Part shown: piece by piece, positions 36,983 through 45,907 of the stretch
How the letters are laid out: each line of letters opens with the position of its first letter
Numbering within the stretch: position 1 is the first letter of the stretch
Origin: Terriglobia bacterium
Lineage (GTDB): Bacteria > Acidobacteriota > Terriglobia > 20CM-2-55-15
Length of the DNA stretch: 64,000 nt
Direction of reading: 5' to 3'
Assembly: GCA_965198265.1 (NCBI GenBank)
Contig: CBDAPB010000026.1
Coordinates: 61,614 to 125,613, forward strand
Notes under the pieces: model-generated
What the model saw: the letters and a program-made list of their open reading frames with translations, nothing else
The model's database searches: none
Told to the model about the DNA's origin: nothing
Made by a program: the position numbers and the translations under genes

Positions 36983-37375
36983 TCAATCCTCCTTTCCCGG
37001 GACCGATGACGAGCTTCCTTCATCGTCCTTCGGTTCCGGGTCCGCCTTTTCGACAGGCTTTGAAGCTTCGCTTCCCCCACCGCTGTAGCCCGGCGACTGA
37101 CGCGGTGCGTTGGTCTGAACGGGCCGGCCAGGGCTCAAAGATGGTATCGCCGATCCTGGTTTCGGGGCCGACGGCGGGGAGGACGGCGGCAGCGGTGATT
37201 TGGCAGTCGTTGGGCTTTTTACCGGGGCCGGGCGCTGGAGGTAGTCGACGATCTTGACGACGCCGATGACGATCAGAATCAGCGGCCACATCCGCCCGAA
37301 CTCGAACTGTGTCGGGTAGAGGTTGTTCATCAAGAGCAGAACGCCCAGGGTGATCAACACGAACGCTCCAGTCAT
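36983..37375 (-). CDS. small membrane protein with Pro-rich tail (LiaF/PspC-N-terminal-like TM pair)
   Basis: Two TM helices (FVLITLGVLLLMNNL...WPLILIVIGVVKIV) then a low-complexity P/S-rich tail. Confidence 0.45.
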   Translation of the reverse strand: MTGAFVLITLGVLLLMNNLYPTQFEFGRMWPLILIVIGVVKIVDYLQRPAPVKSPTTAKSPLPPSSPPSAPKPGSAIPSLSPGRPVQTNAPRQSPGYSGGGSEASKPVEKADPEPKDDEGSSSSVPGKED

Positions 37376-38043
37376 CTGTCTGCCTGCCCTTCATCTGGAG
37401 TCTTTGTTTCGCCCTTCTCCTGCTTGCTCCAGATCAGCCACACGCCGATTGCGATCAACGCCACAGGCCAGAATTCGAAGATCTGACGCAGTTGAAAGAA
37501 CCGGAAGTTGTCCATCAGGAACAACGCGCCCAGAACGACGAGGGCAACGCCACCCCAAAGTTCCTTATTCTCGACGCCGGCAACCTGTTCGTGAAGGCGA
37601 TCGATCGGCGTTTCCAACTGTACACCTTGAGTTTCTAGACGTCTCTTCTTGGCCGTATAGTACGCCTCGAACGGCATGTAGATGTAGAACCCGGTGATGA
37701 GCAGCCCGAACAGCGGTTCCAGGCCACGAGTCGAATCGACGATGCTGATCAGAACTCCAAAAATGATGATGTGAACGGCAGCTTTGAAGAATTCCCCGTT
37801 GTAGATGGCTCCAACTCCCGGGATCAGGCCGAGAGCAAATGCGGCGCCCGGACTCTCCCCGCCGACACTGGACGGCGGGGTCGGCCCGCGGGCGGCCGGT
37901 CCCCCTCTCATCCTCTCCCCAAGACAGGTCTCGCAGTAGACACTTCCCTGCACATCTCGTTTGCACGACTCGCAGAGGGCTCGGCCGCAGGTAACACAGA
38001 AAGCCACACTCGCAGCGTCAGCGTGGTAAGCACAATTCATCAA
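37372..38043 (-). CDS. B-box-type zinc-finger membrane protein
   Basis: N-terminal CxxH...CxxC...CxxC...CxxC cluster (CAYHADAASVAFCVTCGRALCESCKRDVQGSVYCETC) followed by 4 TM helices. Confidence 0.5.
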   Translation of the reverse strand: MMNCAYHADAASVAFCVTCGRALCESCKRDVQGSVYCETCLGERMRGGPAARGPTPPSSVGGESPGAAFALGLIPGVGAIYNGEFFKAAVHIIIFGVLISIVDSTRGLEPLFGLLITGFYIYMPFEAYYTAKKRRLETQGVQLETPIDRLHEQVAGVENKELWGGVALVVLGALFLMDNFRFFQLRQIFEFWPVALIAIGVWLIWSKQEKGETKTPDEGQADR

Positions 38044-38540
38044 GAACTCTCCCTCAACCGCTCGATCTGAGACTGAATCTGCGTGACCAGCGGAGCGCGG
38101 TAGTAAAGCCGAACAGCCCCGTCGTATGCATCGTTGACGAGATCACCGGCACTCTGATAGATCGCTGCCGGGCTCCGCAAGTCGGCCAGGCTGGGAGCTA
38201 TTCCGACGGTGTTGGAAATCCAGCCCAACACGATCATCGAGGTGAAGACGGACATCGCGGTTCTGGTGTCCAGGACCCAACGTCCGAGTGCCCCCAGCGT
38301 GTCCCTCCAGGTTTCGCGTTCCTTCCGCGGGGTGTTCGCAAGAATTCTCGTCACGAGCCACTCGGGGGCTTCGAAAACGGGGAAATTCCGGCCCCAATCG
38401 AGGACCTCCTCCATGCTCTCGTGGAGTCGCCGACACCTGTCACATGAAGCGAGATGAGCTTCGACCGAATGGTGCTCGCCGGCCATGAGCAGTCCGTCCA
38501 GATAGTCGGAAAGCCTGGCTTCAAGAGTCGTGCAGTTCAT
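38040..38540 (-). CDS. anti-sigma factor, zinc-finger (ZAS/RsrA-ChrR-like) with TM helix
   Basis: HLASCDRCRR (HxxxCxxC) zinc motif plus a TM segment. Overlaps the sigma gene stop. Confidence 0.7.
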   Translation of the reverse strand: MNCTTLEARLSDYLDGLLMAGEHHSVEAHLASCDRCRRLHESMEEVLDWGRNFPVFEAPEWLVTRILANTPRKERETWRDTLGALGRWVLDTRTAMSVFTSMIVLGWISNTVGIAPSLADLRSPAAIYQSAGDLVNDAYDGAVRLYYRAPLVTQIQSQIERLRESS

Positions 38541-39109
38541 AACTGATCCTTCAATCGGCCTAGGACCCGGGCGAGTTCGCCGCGGCCTCGATTGATCCGT
38601 GATTTGACGGTCCCGATCGGGACGTCCAACAAGCCCGACATTTCGTCATAAGTAAAACCCTCCAGGTCCCTTAGGATCACGGCTTCTCTGAGGTCCTCGC
38701 TCAGCCGGAGCAATCCCTGGTGGACGAGGTCGGAGAGCTCCCGCTTCTCGAGAGCCTCCCCGGGGCTGTCATAGCGTGCCGGATTTTCCTCGACGCGCTC
38801 GAACTCGGCATCGATCGCGTCGGTCCTGGAACGCTCGGTCCTGAACTTCCGGTAGTGGTCGATGATATGGTTTCGACTAACTCGTATCAACCACGTAACC
38901 AGCGCTCCGGATTCCGGCCGGTAGGAGGCCAAGGTGCGGTAGACCTTGAGAAATATCTCCTGAGCCAGGTCTTCTGCCTCATCGAACCGTCCGGTGTAGC
39001 GGTACGCCAGGTTGTAGATCCGCTGGTGATGCTGCCGGACTATTGACTCCCAGGCGCCATGCTCACCCTCCAGGCACTGCCTCACCAGTTCGGCTTCCGG
39101 TCGGTCCAA
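38537..39109 (-). CDS. RNA polymerase ECF sigma factor (second copy)
   Basis: Regions 2 and 4 (DLAQEIFLKVYRTLASY...VTWLIRVSRNHIIDHYRK; TYDEMSGLLDVPIGTVKSRINRGR). TTG start with a GGAG RBS. Confidence 0.9.
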   Translation of the reverse strand: MDRPEAELVRQCLEGEHGAWESIVRQHHQRIYNLAYRYTGRFDEAEDLAQEIFLKVYRTLASYRPESGALVTWLIRVSRNHIIDHYRKFRTERSRTDAIDAEFERVEENPARYDSPGEALEKRELSDLVHQGLLRLSEDLREAVILRDLEGFTYDEMSGLLDVPIGTVKSRINRGRGELARVLGRLKDQL

Positions 39110-39212
39110 CTAGGGGCTCCATCCGCATCGCCGGCACTCACAATCGGTTAACGTAGTCACGCGAAGAAATGTTTCAACAACGTTAAACCTTTCTGAGATA
39201 ATTCCCCCCGAC

Positions 39213-40184
39213 ATGGGCCGGAAACTATTGTTTTTTTTGGCTTTGGCGGCTTTCGCGGTGGCTATGTACCTGGTGTTCCGCCGGGACTTCGATTCGAGGC
39301 TCTTTCTCGAGAGCGTCACCGACGTCCGACCCATGTGGCTGGCCGCCTCGACTGTGCTGACCTTCGTCAACTACGTCGTCCGCTCTTTCAGGTGGCAGAT
39401 CTTACTCATTTCAATGAAGTTAATTAAAATGACGTCCCTCGTCGGCGCAACGATCCTCGGTTTCGCCGTGATCTACCTGCTCGGCAGGGCCGGGGAGTTC
39501 GCCCGACCGGTTTGGATTGCACGCACGGAAGGCGTCGCCATGGCCGGATCTTTCGCGACGATCGTCGTCGAGCGGGTCTTCGATACGCTGATGCTGATCC
39601 TGCTCTTTGCTGCAACCGTTGGTGTTGTTGGGGCGGAAACCGGAGCTACGGGCGCGATCGACCTGCTGACGACATCCGTCTGGCTGCTTCTGGCTCTGTC
39701 CTCGGTCGCGCTTCTCGTGTTTATCCTGTTCCGAGCGCACGTACCTTCGATCGCCAGACGCCTTTCCTTCGAACGGCTCTCGACCACACTCGAACGGTTT
39801 GGGGACGGTCTGGCCATCACGGGCAGCTGGCGCAACCTGGGACTTACAACAGTATACTCGCTGCTGCTGTGGGTAGGGATTGCGCTACAATTCTGGCTGA
39901 TGCTGTTCGGGCTGAACCTGGAGTTCACTTTCCGGGCGGCGACGCTGGTGCTAGTCGCCTCCGCAATCGGATCGATCGCACAGGTACCGGGAATCGGTGG
40001 AGGCTTCCAGGTCGGATTCATTTTCTGCGTGACAACATTCTTCCTGGTGCCCCTGGAAACCGCGGTTGGGGCCTCATTGTTGGCCTGGTTCTTTACCTAT
40101 GTTCCGACTATTGTCGTCGCAGCAATCTACATGACCTGGAAAGGCATATCGGCGAGGGATCTGATCACCCCAGAGCCGGCCTGA
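39213..40184 (+). CDS. flippase-like / lysylphosphatidylglycerol-synthase-TM-domain family membrane protein (UPF0104)
   Basis: Eight TM helices with the RSFRWQILL motif typical of the LPG_synthase_TM family. Confidence 0.65.
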   Translation: MGRKLLFFLALAAFAVAMYLVFRRDFDSRLFLESVTDVRPMWLAASTVLTFVNYVVRSFRWQILLISMKLIKMTSLVGATILGFAVIYLLGRAGEFARPVWIARTEGVAMAGSFATIVVERVFDTLMLILLFAATVGVVGAETGATGAIDLLTTSVWLLLALSSVALLVFILFRAHVPSIARRLSFERLSTTLERFGDGLAITGSWRNLGLTTVYSLLLWVGIALQFWLMLFGLNLEFTFRAATLVLVASAIGSIAQVPGIGGGFQVGFIFCVTTFFLVPLETAVGASLLAWFFTYVPTIVVAAIYMTWKGISARDLITPEPA

Positions 40185-40198
40185 CAGTTCCATAAGCT

Positions 40199-40657
40199 AT
40201 GAAATGCCCTTTTTGCGGCCACTTGAGAGACAAAGTGGTCGACTCCCGCGAAAGTAAGGAAGGCGATGCGATCCGGCGGCGCCGGCAGTGCCTGGAGTGT
40301 AGCCGCCGCTTCACCAGCTACGAAAGAATCGACGAGATCCCCTACATGGTCATCAAGAAGGACGGGCGCCGCGAACGCTTCGAACGTCAGAAGGTACTAT
40401 CGGGCATACTGAAAGCGTGTGAGCGCCGACCAGTCTCGATGGTTCAACTCGAGGCTATCGCGGACAAAGTCGAGCTCCTTGCCCAGGAATCGCCCGTTCG
40501 CGAGGTCTCTACCGGGTCGGTCGGAGAGACGATCATGACGGAACTGAAGGACCTCGACAAGGTGGCCTACGTCCGGTTCGCGTCCGTATACCTCGACTTC
40601 AAGGACGTCCAGGAATTCATGGCGGAGTTGAAAGACCTCCTCGAGAGCCGGGATTAG
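40199..40657 (+). CDS. nrdR: transcriptional repressor NrdR
   Basis: [22 protein letters not shown]...[20 protein letters not shown] zinc ribbon plus ATP-cone. Confidence 0.9.
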   Translation: MKCPFCGHLRDKVVDSRESKEGDAIRRRRQCLECSRRFTSYERIDEIPYMVIKKDGRRERFERQKVLSGILKACERRPVSMVQLEAIADKVELLAQESPVREVSTGSVGETIMTELKDLDKVAYVRFASVYLDFKDVQEFMAELKDLLESRD

Positions 40658-40665
40658 GCACACGC

Positions 40666-41037
40666 ATGGTCTACTTCCAGTTCGAACCCGAGGAACGTTT
40701 TCAATCCACCTGGTCTCCGATCGTCGACGTGTACGAGCGGCCGGCCGCAATCATAGTCCGGGTGGAGCTGCCTGGCGTGGCTAAGAACGACATCAAGCTC
40801 AGGTGGCGTGACGGAATTCTCACCATCGCCGGTACCAAACGGCGCCCGCCCGCCGAACAGGGGAGCTGCCGATACCTGTGCATGGAGCGGAACTACGGCT
40901 ACTTCAGGCGAGACATCGCGATCGGCAGCGAAATCGACTATTCGAAATCCTCGGCGGAATTACGGGACGGGCTCTTGAATATTCAACTTCCCAAACTGAT
41001 GGAACGGGACGGAGAGACGGTTATTCCGATTGGGTGA
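40666..41037 (+). CDS. Hsp20/alpha-crystallin small heat-shock protein
   Basis: WSPIVDVYERPAAIIVRVELPGVAKNDIKL...GILTIAG ACD domain. Confidence 0.85.
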   Translation: MVYFQFEPEERFQSTWSPIVDVYERPAAIIVRVELPGVAKNDIKLRWRDGILTIAGTKRRPPAEQGSCRYLCMERNYGYFRRDIAIGSEIDYSKSSAELRDGLLNIQLPKLMERDGETVIPIG

Positions 41038-41044
41038 ATGGTGT

Positions 41045-41113
41045 AGGTGCGGTCTATGACCGCACGTTGCCCAGCTTGAGGAATGTGCGCTCATAGAGCG
41101 CACCTACACTTAG
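41045..41113. repeat. Family-5 palindrome (copy 2)
   Basis: ggtgtaggtgcggtctatgaccgcac ... gtgcgctcatagagcgcacctacac. Confidence 0.7.
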
Positions 41114-41119
41114 AAGACT

Positions 41120-43636
41120 ATGGAAATTATAAGCGACGAACCAGAAGAGACGCCCGAAGACCAGCAGGTTTCCATACCCGAGACGCTGCCGGTTTTGCCG
41201 CTGCCGGACGTTGTTGTCTTCCCGTATATGATTGTCCCGCTCTTCGTGAACCGGGAGCAGTCCATCCAGGCTGTCGACCAGTCACTCGCCGAGAACCGGA
41301 TGGTACTGGTAGTGTCTCAAAAGACACCGGACGTCGAGGAGCCCACCGCGGAGGACCTCTACCCATTCGGAACCGTATCGCTGATCATGCGCATGCTGAA
41401 GCTCCCCGACGGTCGCGTGCGCATCCTCGTCCAGGGTTTCGCGCGGGCGAGTGTCCAGTATCTGTCCGGTCCGGAACCCTTCCTCCAGGCCAAGGTGTTC
41501 CCGGAGGCCGAATTCCCGCCGAGACAGGAATCCCTGGAACTGGAAGCGCTGATACGGAGCGTCAAGTCGGCGCTGGAGCGGGCGATTTCTCTGGGCAAGA
41601 ACATCTCCCAGGACATCGTCATCATCGCTGCGAACCTCGAAGACCCCGGTCGATTGGCAGACCTGATCGCCTCGAACATGGAGCTGCGGATCGAAGACGC
41701 TCAAAATGTCCTGGAGATCACCGACCCTGTTGATCGGCTCCGGCAGATCAACACAATGCTGGCGAAGGAGATCGAGGTCCTCCAGATTCAGCACGACATC
41801 ACGACACAAGCAAAAGGAGAGATCGATCGGACTCAGCGGGAGTACTACCTCCGCCAACAGATGAAGGCGATACAGCAGGAACTGGGTGAAGGCAACGAAC
41901 TGCTCGAGGAGATCGAACAGTACCGGGAAAGGGTTCGAGACGCAAAGATGCCCGAAGAGGCAGCCGAAGAAACCGAGCGCCAGATCGGAAGGTTGGAGCG
42001 GATGCACCCCGATTCGGCCGAGACTGCCACTTTGCGCAATTACCTGGACTGGATGGTCGGCCTACCCTGGTCCACCGCAACCCCAGACAACCTCGACCTC
42101 AAGAAAGCGCAGAAGATTCTCGACGAGGACCACTATGGCCTCGAGAAGATCAAAGAGAGGATCATCGAGCACCTTGCCGTACGAAAGTTGAGGCAGAAAA
42201 CCAAGGGACCCATCCTATGCTTTGTGGGACCCCCCGGGGTCGGCAAGACGTCGCTGGGCCGCTCGATCGCCAGGGCGCTTGGTCGCAAGTTCGTCCGCCT
42301 CAGTCTCGGTGGCGTCCACGACGAAGCTGAGATTCGGGGACACCGGCGCACCTACGTGGGAGCGATGCCGGGTCGGGTCGTCCAGAGCATCCAGCAAGCG
42401 GGCACGAACAACCCGGTGTTCATCATGGACGAAGTCGACAAGATTGGGGCTGATTTCCGGGGAGATCCATCCTCTGCCCTGCTCGAAGTGCTGGACCCGG
42501 AACAGAACTCCTCTTTCCGCGACAACTACCTCGGCGTCTCATTCGATCTGTCCGACGTGATGTTCATCACGACCGCAAACACGCTCGACCCGATCCAGCC
42601 GGCATTCCGGGACCGAATGGAAATCATCCGTTTGAGTGGTTACACCGAAGAAGAAAAGATCCAAATCGCCGAACGGCATCTGATCCTGAAACAACTGGAT
42701 GAGCACGGGCTGACGAAAAAACATCTCGAGTTCAGTGAGTCGGGTCTGCGGGCCGTGATCAGCGGCTATACGCAGGAAGCCGGTTTGAGAAACCTGGAAC
42801 GAGAGATCGCGAGCGTCTGCAGAAAGGTTGCACGCCAGGTGGCGATGGGCCAATCACGCTTACGTAGGCTGAATCCTAAACAGGTCGATAAGTATCTTGG
42901 ACGCCCGAAGGTTTTCCAGGATGAGCTCTTGAAGAACGACGAGATCGGCGTCGCGACCGGCCTGGCGTGGACTCCAACGGGCGGGGACATTCTCTTTGTG
43001 GAGGCCACGGCCATGAAGGGCAAGGGTGGGCTGGCCCTGACGGGACAGCTCGGCGACGTAATGAAAGAGTCCGCCCACGCGGCGATGAGTTACGCGCGCT
43101 CGCATGCGACAGACTTCGGAATCGACGAGGACTTCTTCGCCGGCAACGACATCCACGTCCATGTGCCCGAGGGGGCAATTCCGAAGGACGGACCGTCGGC
43201 CGGTGTGACGATGGCAACGGCGATGATGTCGATGCTCGTCGGGAAGCCGGTCCACCGGAACATCGCGATGACCGGAGAGATCACGTTGCGCGGAGAGGTT
43301 CTTCCGGTCGGAGGTATCAAGGAGAAAGTTCTCGCCGCAAGGCGAGCCAAGATCCGTTCGGTCATCCTCCCCGCACTGAACGAGCGCGACCTGGAAGACG
43401 TCAACGAAGAACTGCGGCAGGAAATGCGGTTCGTCTTTGTCGGCCGGATCCACGAGGTGTACGCCGAGGCCATCATCACCGAGCCCAAGCCCCTTCCCAA
43501 GCGGAGGACTCCGCGCAAGAAAACGGCAAAGAAACAGCTGACAAAGAAGAAGACGAAGAAGAAAGCCGCCAAGCGGTCGACGACGGCGTCAAAGAAATCT
43601 GCCGCGAAGCGCGCAACGAGAAAAGGACGCCGCTAG
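41120..43636 (+). CDS. lon: ATP-dependent Lon protease with lysine-rich C-terminal extension
   Basis: LON N-domain, AAA+ motif (GPPGVGKTSLG), Ser-Lys dyad protease domain (PKDGPSAGV), then a ~50 aa tail KRRTPRKKTAKKQLTKKKTKKKAAKRSTTASKKSAAKRATRKGRR. Confidence 0.95.
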   Translation: MEIISDEPEETPEDQQVSIPETLPVLPLPDVVVFPYMIVPLFVNREQSIQAVDQSLAENRMVLVVSQKTPDVEEPTAEDLYPFGTVSLIMRMLKLPDGRVRILVQGFARASVQYLSGPEPFLQAKVFPEAEFPPRQESLELEALIRSVKSALERAISLGKNISQDIVIIAANLEDPGRLADLIASNMELRIEDAQNVLEITDPVDRLRQINTMLAKEIEVLQIQHDITTQAKGEIDRTQREYYLRQQMKAIQQELGEGNELLEEIEQYRERVRDAKMPEEAAEETERQIGRLERMHPDSAETATLRNYLDWMVGLPWSTATPDNLDLKKAQKILDEDHYGLEKIKERIIEHLAVRKLRQKTKGPILCFVGPPGVGKTSLGRSIARALGRKFVRLSLGGVHDEAEIRGHRRTYVGAMPGRVVQSIQQAGTNNPVFIMDEVDKIGADFRGDPSSALLEVLDPEQNSSFRDNYLGVSFDLSDVMFITTANTLDPIQPAFRDRMEIIRLSGYTEEEKIQIAERHLILKQLDEHGLTKKHLEFSESGLRAVISGYTQEAGLRNLEREIASVCRKVARQVAMGQSRLRRLNPKQVDKYLGRPKVFQDELLKNDEIGVATGLAWTPTGGDILFVEATAMKGKGGLALTGQLGDVMKESAHAAMSYARSHATDFGIDEDFFAGNDIHVHVPEGAIPKDGPSAGVTMATAMMSMLVGKPVHRNIAMTGEITLRGEVLPVGGIKEKVLAARRAKIRSVILPALNERDLEDVNEELRQEMRFVFVGRIHEVYAEAIITEPKPLPKRRTPRKKTAKKQLTKKKTKKKAAKRSTTASKKSAAKRATRKGRR

Positions 43637-43680
43637 GATCACGGCTCAGGGGACTGCGTGACTTGGTCCACGGCACTCTT

Positions 43681-43707
43681 TACTGACTACTGGCTACTGA
43701 CTACTGG
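43681..43707. repeat. GACTACT heptamer array (solo arm)
   Basis: tactgactactggctactgactactgg. Confidence 0.6.
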
Positions 43708-43716
43708 GTCCCCCCC

Positions 43717-44682
43717 ATGTACCCCGAAGACCAGTTGATCGAGATGATCCGGAAAAGGTTCGCCGACACGTCGGTGCGTGTCGGGATCGGCGACACAACA
43801 GTGCGTGTCGGGATCGGCGACGATGCGGCCGTCATCGATCTCTCGTCGGGCTTTTCTACCCTGGTCTGTTCGGACCTGCTTGCCGAGAACACGCATTTCC
43901 GACGCGAAACCCATCCCCCGGACTCCGTGGGATTCAAGGCCGTGGCAGTCAACGTCAGCGACATCGGTGCGATGGGAGGAATCCCGGATTTTTGTCTGTT
44001 GTCGCTGGCCCTGCCCCGGGATCTGGAACGATCGTGGATCGACGCCTTCCTGGATGGCGTAGCAGCGGCGTGCCGTGAATTCGAGATAAGCCTTGTCGGG
44101 GGCGATTCTTCGGCTGCAGATCGAGTGTTCGTCGACGTGTCGGTCATCGGACATGTTCGGCGAGGCAGCGCGGTACTTCGATCCGGCGCTCGTTCGGGGA
44201 ACCACGTTTACATCACGGGCAGTCTTGGAGGGTCCGCAATGGGCCTCGAGTTGCTCGAGGAAGGTCATGGCTTCGAGTTGCTTGAGGAGGGTCGGAGGGA
44301 CCATCCAGCGATCCGCCGTAGTCTTTACCCGGAACCCCGACACCGGATCGGCTCAAGAGTCGCGGACCGGGCGACCGCGATGATCGACATCAGCGACGGG
44401 CTTTCCGCCGACCTCACACACATTCTGGAAGCTTCATCTGTCTCCGCGCGGATCACCAGCGAGTCGATTCCACTCCACCCCGGTGCGGAGGTTTCCCGAG
44501 CCCTGCACAGCGGTGAGGAGTACGAACTGATCGTGACGGCTGAAGATCTGCCCAGCGAGATCGACGGCGTACCGATAACATGCATCGGTCAAATCGTGCC
44601 TTCGGGCGAGAAGCCGCAGATTCTGCTGATCGAAGGGCTGAGGGAACAGGTGCTGGATCCGAAGGGGTGGAAACACTTCTGA
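43717..44682 (+). CDS. thiL: thiamine-monophosphate kinase
   Basis: AIR-synthase-related fold (GIGDDAAVIDL...ENTHF...AVAVNVSDIGAMGG). Contains two in-frame 27 bp tandem duplications. Confidence 0.8.
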   Translation: MYPEDQLIEMIRKRFADTSVRVGIGDTTVRVGIGDDAAVIDLSSGFSTLVCSDLLAENTHFRRETHPPDSVGFKAVAVNVSDIGAMGGIPDFCLLSLALPRDLERSWIDAFLDGVAAACREFEISLVGGDSSAADRVFVDVSVIGHVRRGSAVLRSGARSGNHVYITGSLGGSAMGLELLEEGHGFELLEEGRRDHPAIRRSLYPEPRHRIGSRVADRATAMIDISDGLSADLTHILEASSVSARITSESIPLHPGAEVSRALHSGEEYELIVTAEDLPSEIDGVPITCIGQIVPSGEKPQILLIEGLREQVLDPKGWKHF

Positions 44683-44740
44683 CACGTCAGTTCCAGGTGC
44701 TGGGTTCTCGGTGCTTGGTTCTTAGCGCGAACCCAGAACC

Positions 44741-44838
44741 CAGGTCCGAGGTCAGGACAGTATGGACCCGACTTTGGACCTTGGACTTTGGACTTCTTAG
44801 CTCGACCTCGGACCTTGGACTTCCGACTCCTGGACTCT
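44741..44838. repeat. TTGGACC/GGTCCAA heptamer-based palindromic element (copy 3)
   Basis: caggtccgaggtcagg ... gactttggaccttggactttggac ... cctcggaccttggacttccgactcctggac. Confidence 0.7.
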
Positions 44839-44854
44839 GTGCTATCCTCAGACC

Positions 44855-45397
44855 ATGTCGAACCCGGACCTCCTGAACCAGGCGGACAAGATCCTCCGAC
44901 CGGTATTACGCAAGCTGACAAACGTCCCCTGGATGAAGGTGACGGCCTGCTGTGCGGGGCACGAACCGGAAGACAGCGTGTGGATCGAGGTGCATGTACG
45001 GGGATCGTCCGGTTTGAGCAGATTGATGGAACTGCTCAGGGTGCTGGAGGGAAAGCTGGCCGGTACTGACTGCCGGGCGGACTGCCTCGTAAACTACGGA
45101 ACAGATGCGGAGGCGGTTCGCATCCAGCACGGATGGTTCCCGATTGTCGTCGAGGTTTTCTGGCCGTCGAAGGACGACTGGAGGCGCGGGCAGGCGCTGA
45201 TTGTCGAAGCCCTGCTGTCTTCGGTCGAAGAATTCGGGGACCGTATCGACGACGCGACACAGCCTGAAGGCGCGATCGTCTATTGCCCGTACTGCTCCTC
45301 CTCGTTCATCAAGCTGGAGGGATTCGAACCCTCAGGGCATCGGTACCTCTGCGGCGATTGTGAAACTCCGTGGACGATGATTGATCCTTCCATCTAG
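44855..45397 (+). CDS. hypothetical protein with C-terminal zinc ribbon
   Basis: 180 aa; C-terminal CPYC...CGDC motif. No family recognised. Confidence 0.45.
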   Translation: MSNPDLLNQADKILRPVLRKLTNVPWMKVTACCAGHEPEDSVWIEVHVRGSSGLSRLMELLRVLEGKLAGTDCRADCLVNYGTDAEAVRIQHGWFPIVVEVFWPSKDDWRRGQALIVEALLSSVEEFGDRIDDATQPEGAIVYCPYCSSSFIKLEGFEPSGHRYLCGDCETPWTMIDPSI

Positions 45398-45584
45398 TGA
45401 CCTAGTTCGACACCACGCCCCCAACCTCCATTCCGGTATATATCCGAAGCGTCCTCGGGCCGGGCGCCTGCGTCGTGGAGCGTTCCACCCACGCCCCCTG
45501 ACGGATAGACGCCGGGTACAAGAACGCGGTCGTCGGTAGTGGGCAAGTTCTTGCCCACTACGGAGTCATCGTGCGCGTTCCAAC

Positions 45585-45859
45585 TAGAGTGACCTGTAAC
45601 AGTGCTATCGGTACCAGCGTTCGGCGGAACGGCGTCGGATTCTAGGAGTGACGCCCGAGCCAATGCTGTTTCATTGCGAGGGCGTTACGACACCGAAGAC
45701 GGCGCCGTTGGGCCGAACCCTTCGGGCCGATGGGGGTTGCGGGCGATCTCTTTGTCGGAAGCCGTCACCGATGAATGAGCATCGCTTTCCGTCTCCCTCC
45801 TCGACCTCGCCCGCAAGACCCATCGGCGATGGTACCGATAGCATTGTTACAGGCCACTA
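45585..45859 (-). mobile_element. MITE-A-like copy (diverged, inverted orientation)
   Basis: tagagtgacctgtaacagtgctatcggtaccagcg ... ggtaccgatagcattgttacaggccactac. The internal core is recognisable but carries many substitutions. Flanked by TA/TA. Confidence 0.6.
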
Positions 45860-45907
45860 CAAACCGGTTCATGGTATAAAGCTCGGTTACGTTTCGACGG
45901 AGGAAGC

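Noticed and set aside
39110-39160. Canonical ECF promoter (GAAAC-N17-CGTTA) for the second sigma gene
   Set aside because: A plausible match exists on the minus strand, but the equivalent region of the first sigma gene does not show the same spacing. Too weak to call.
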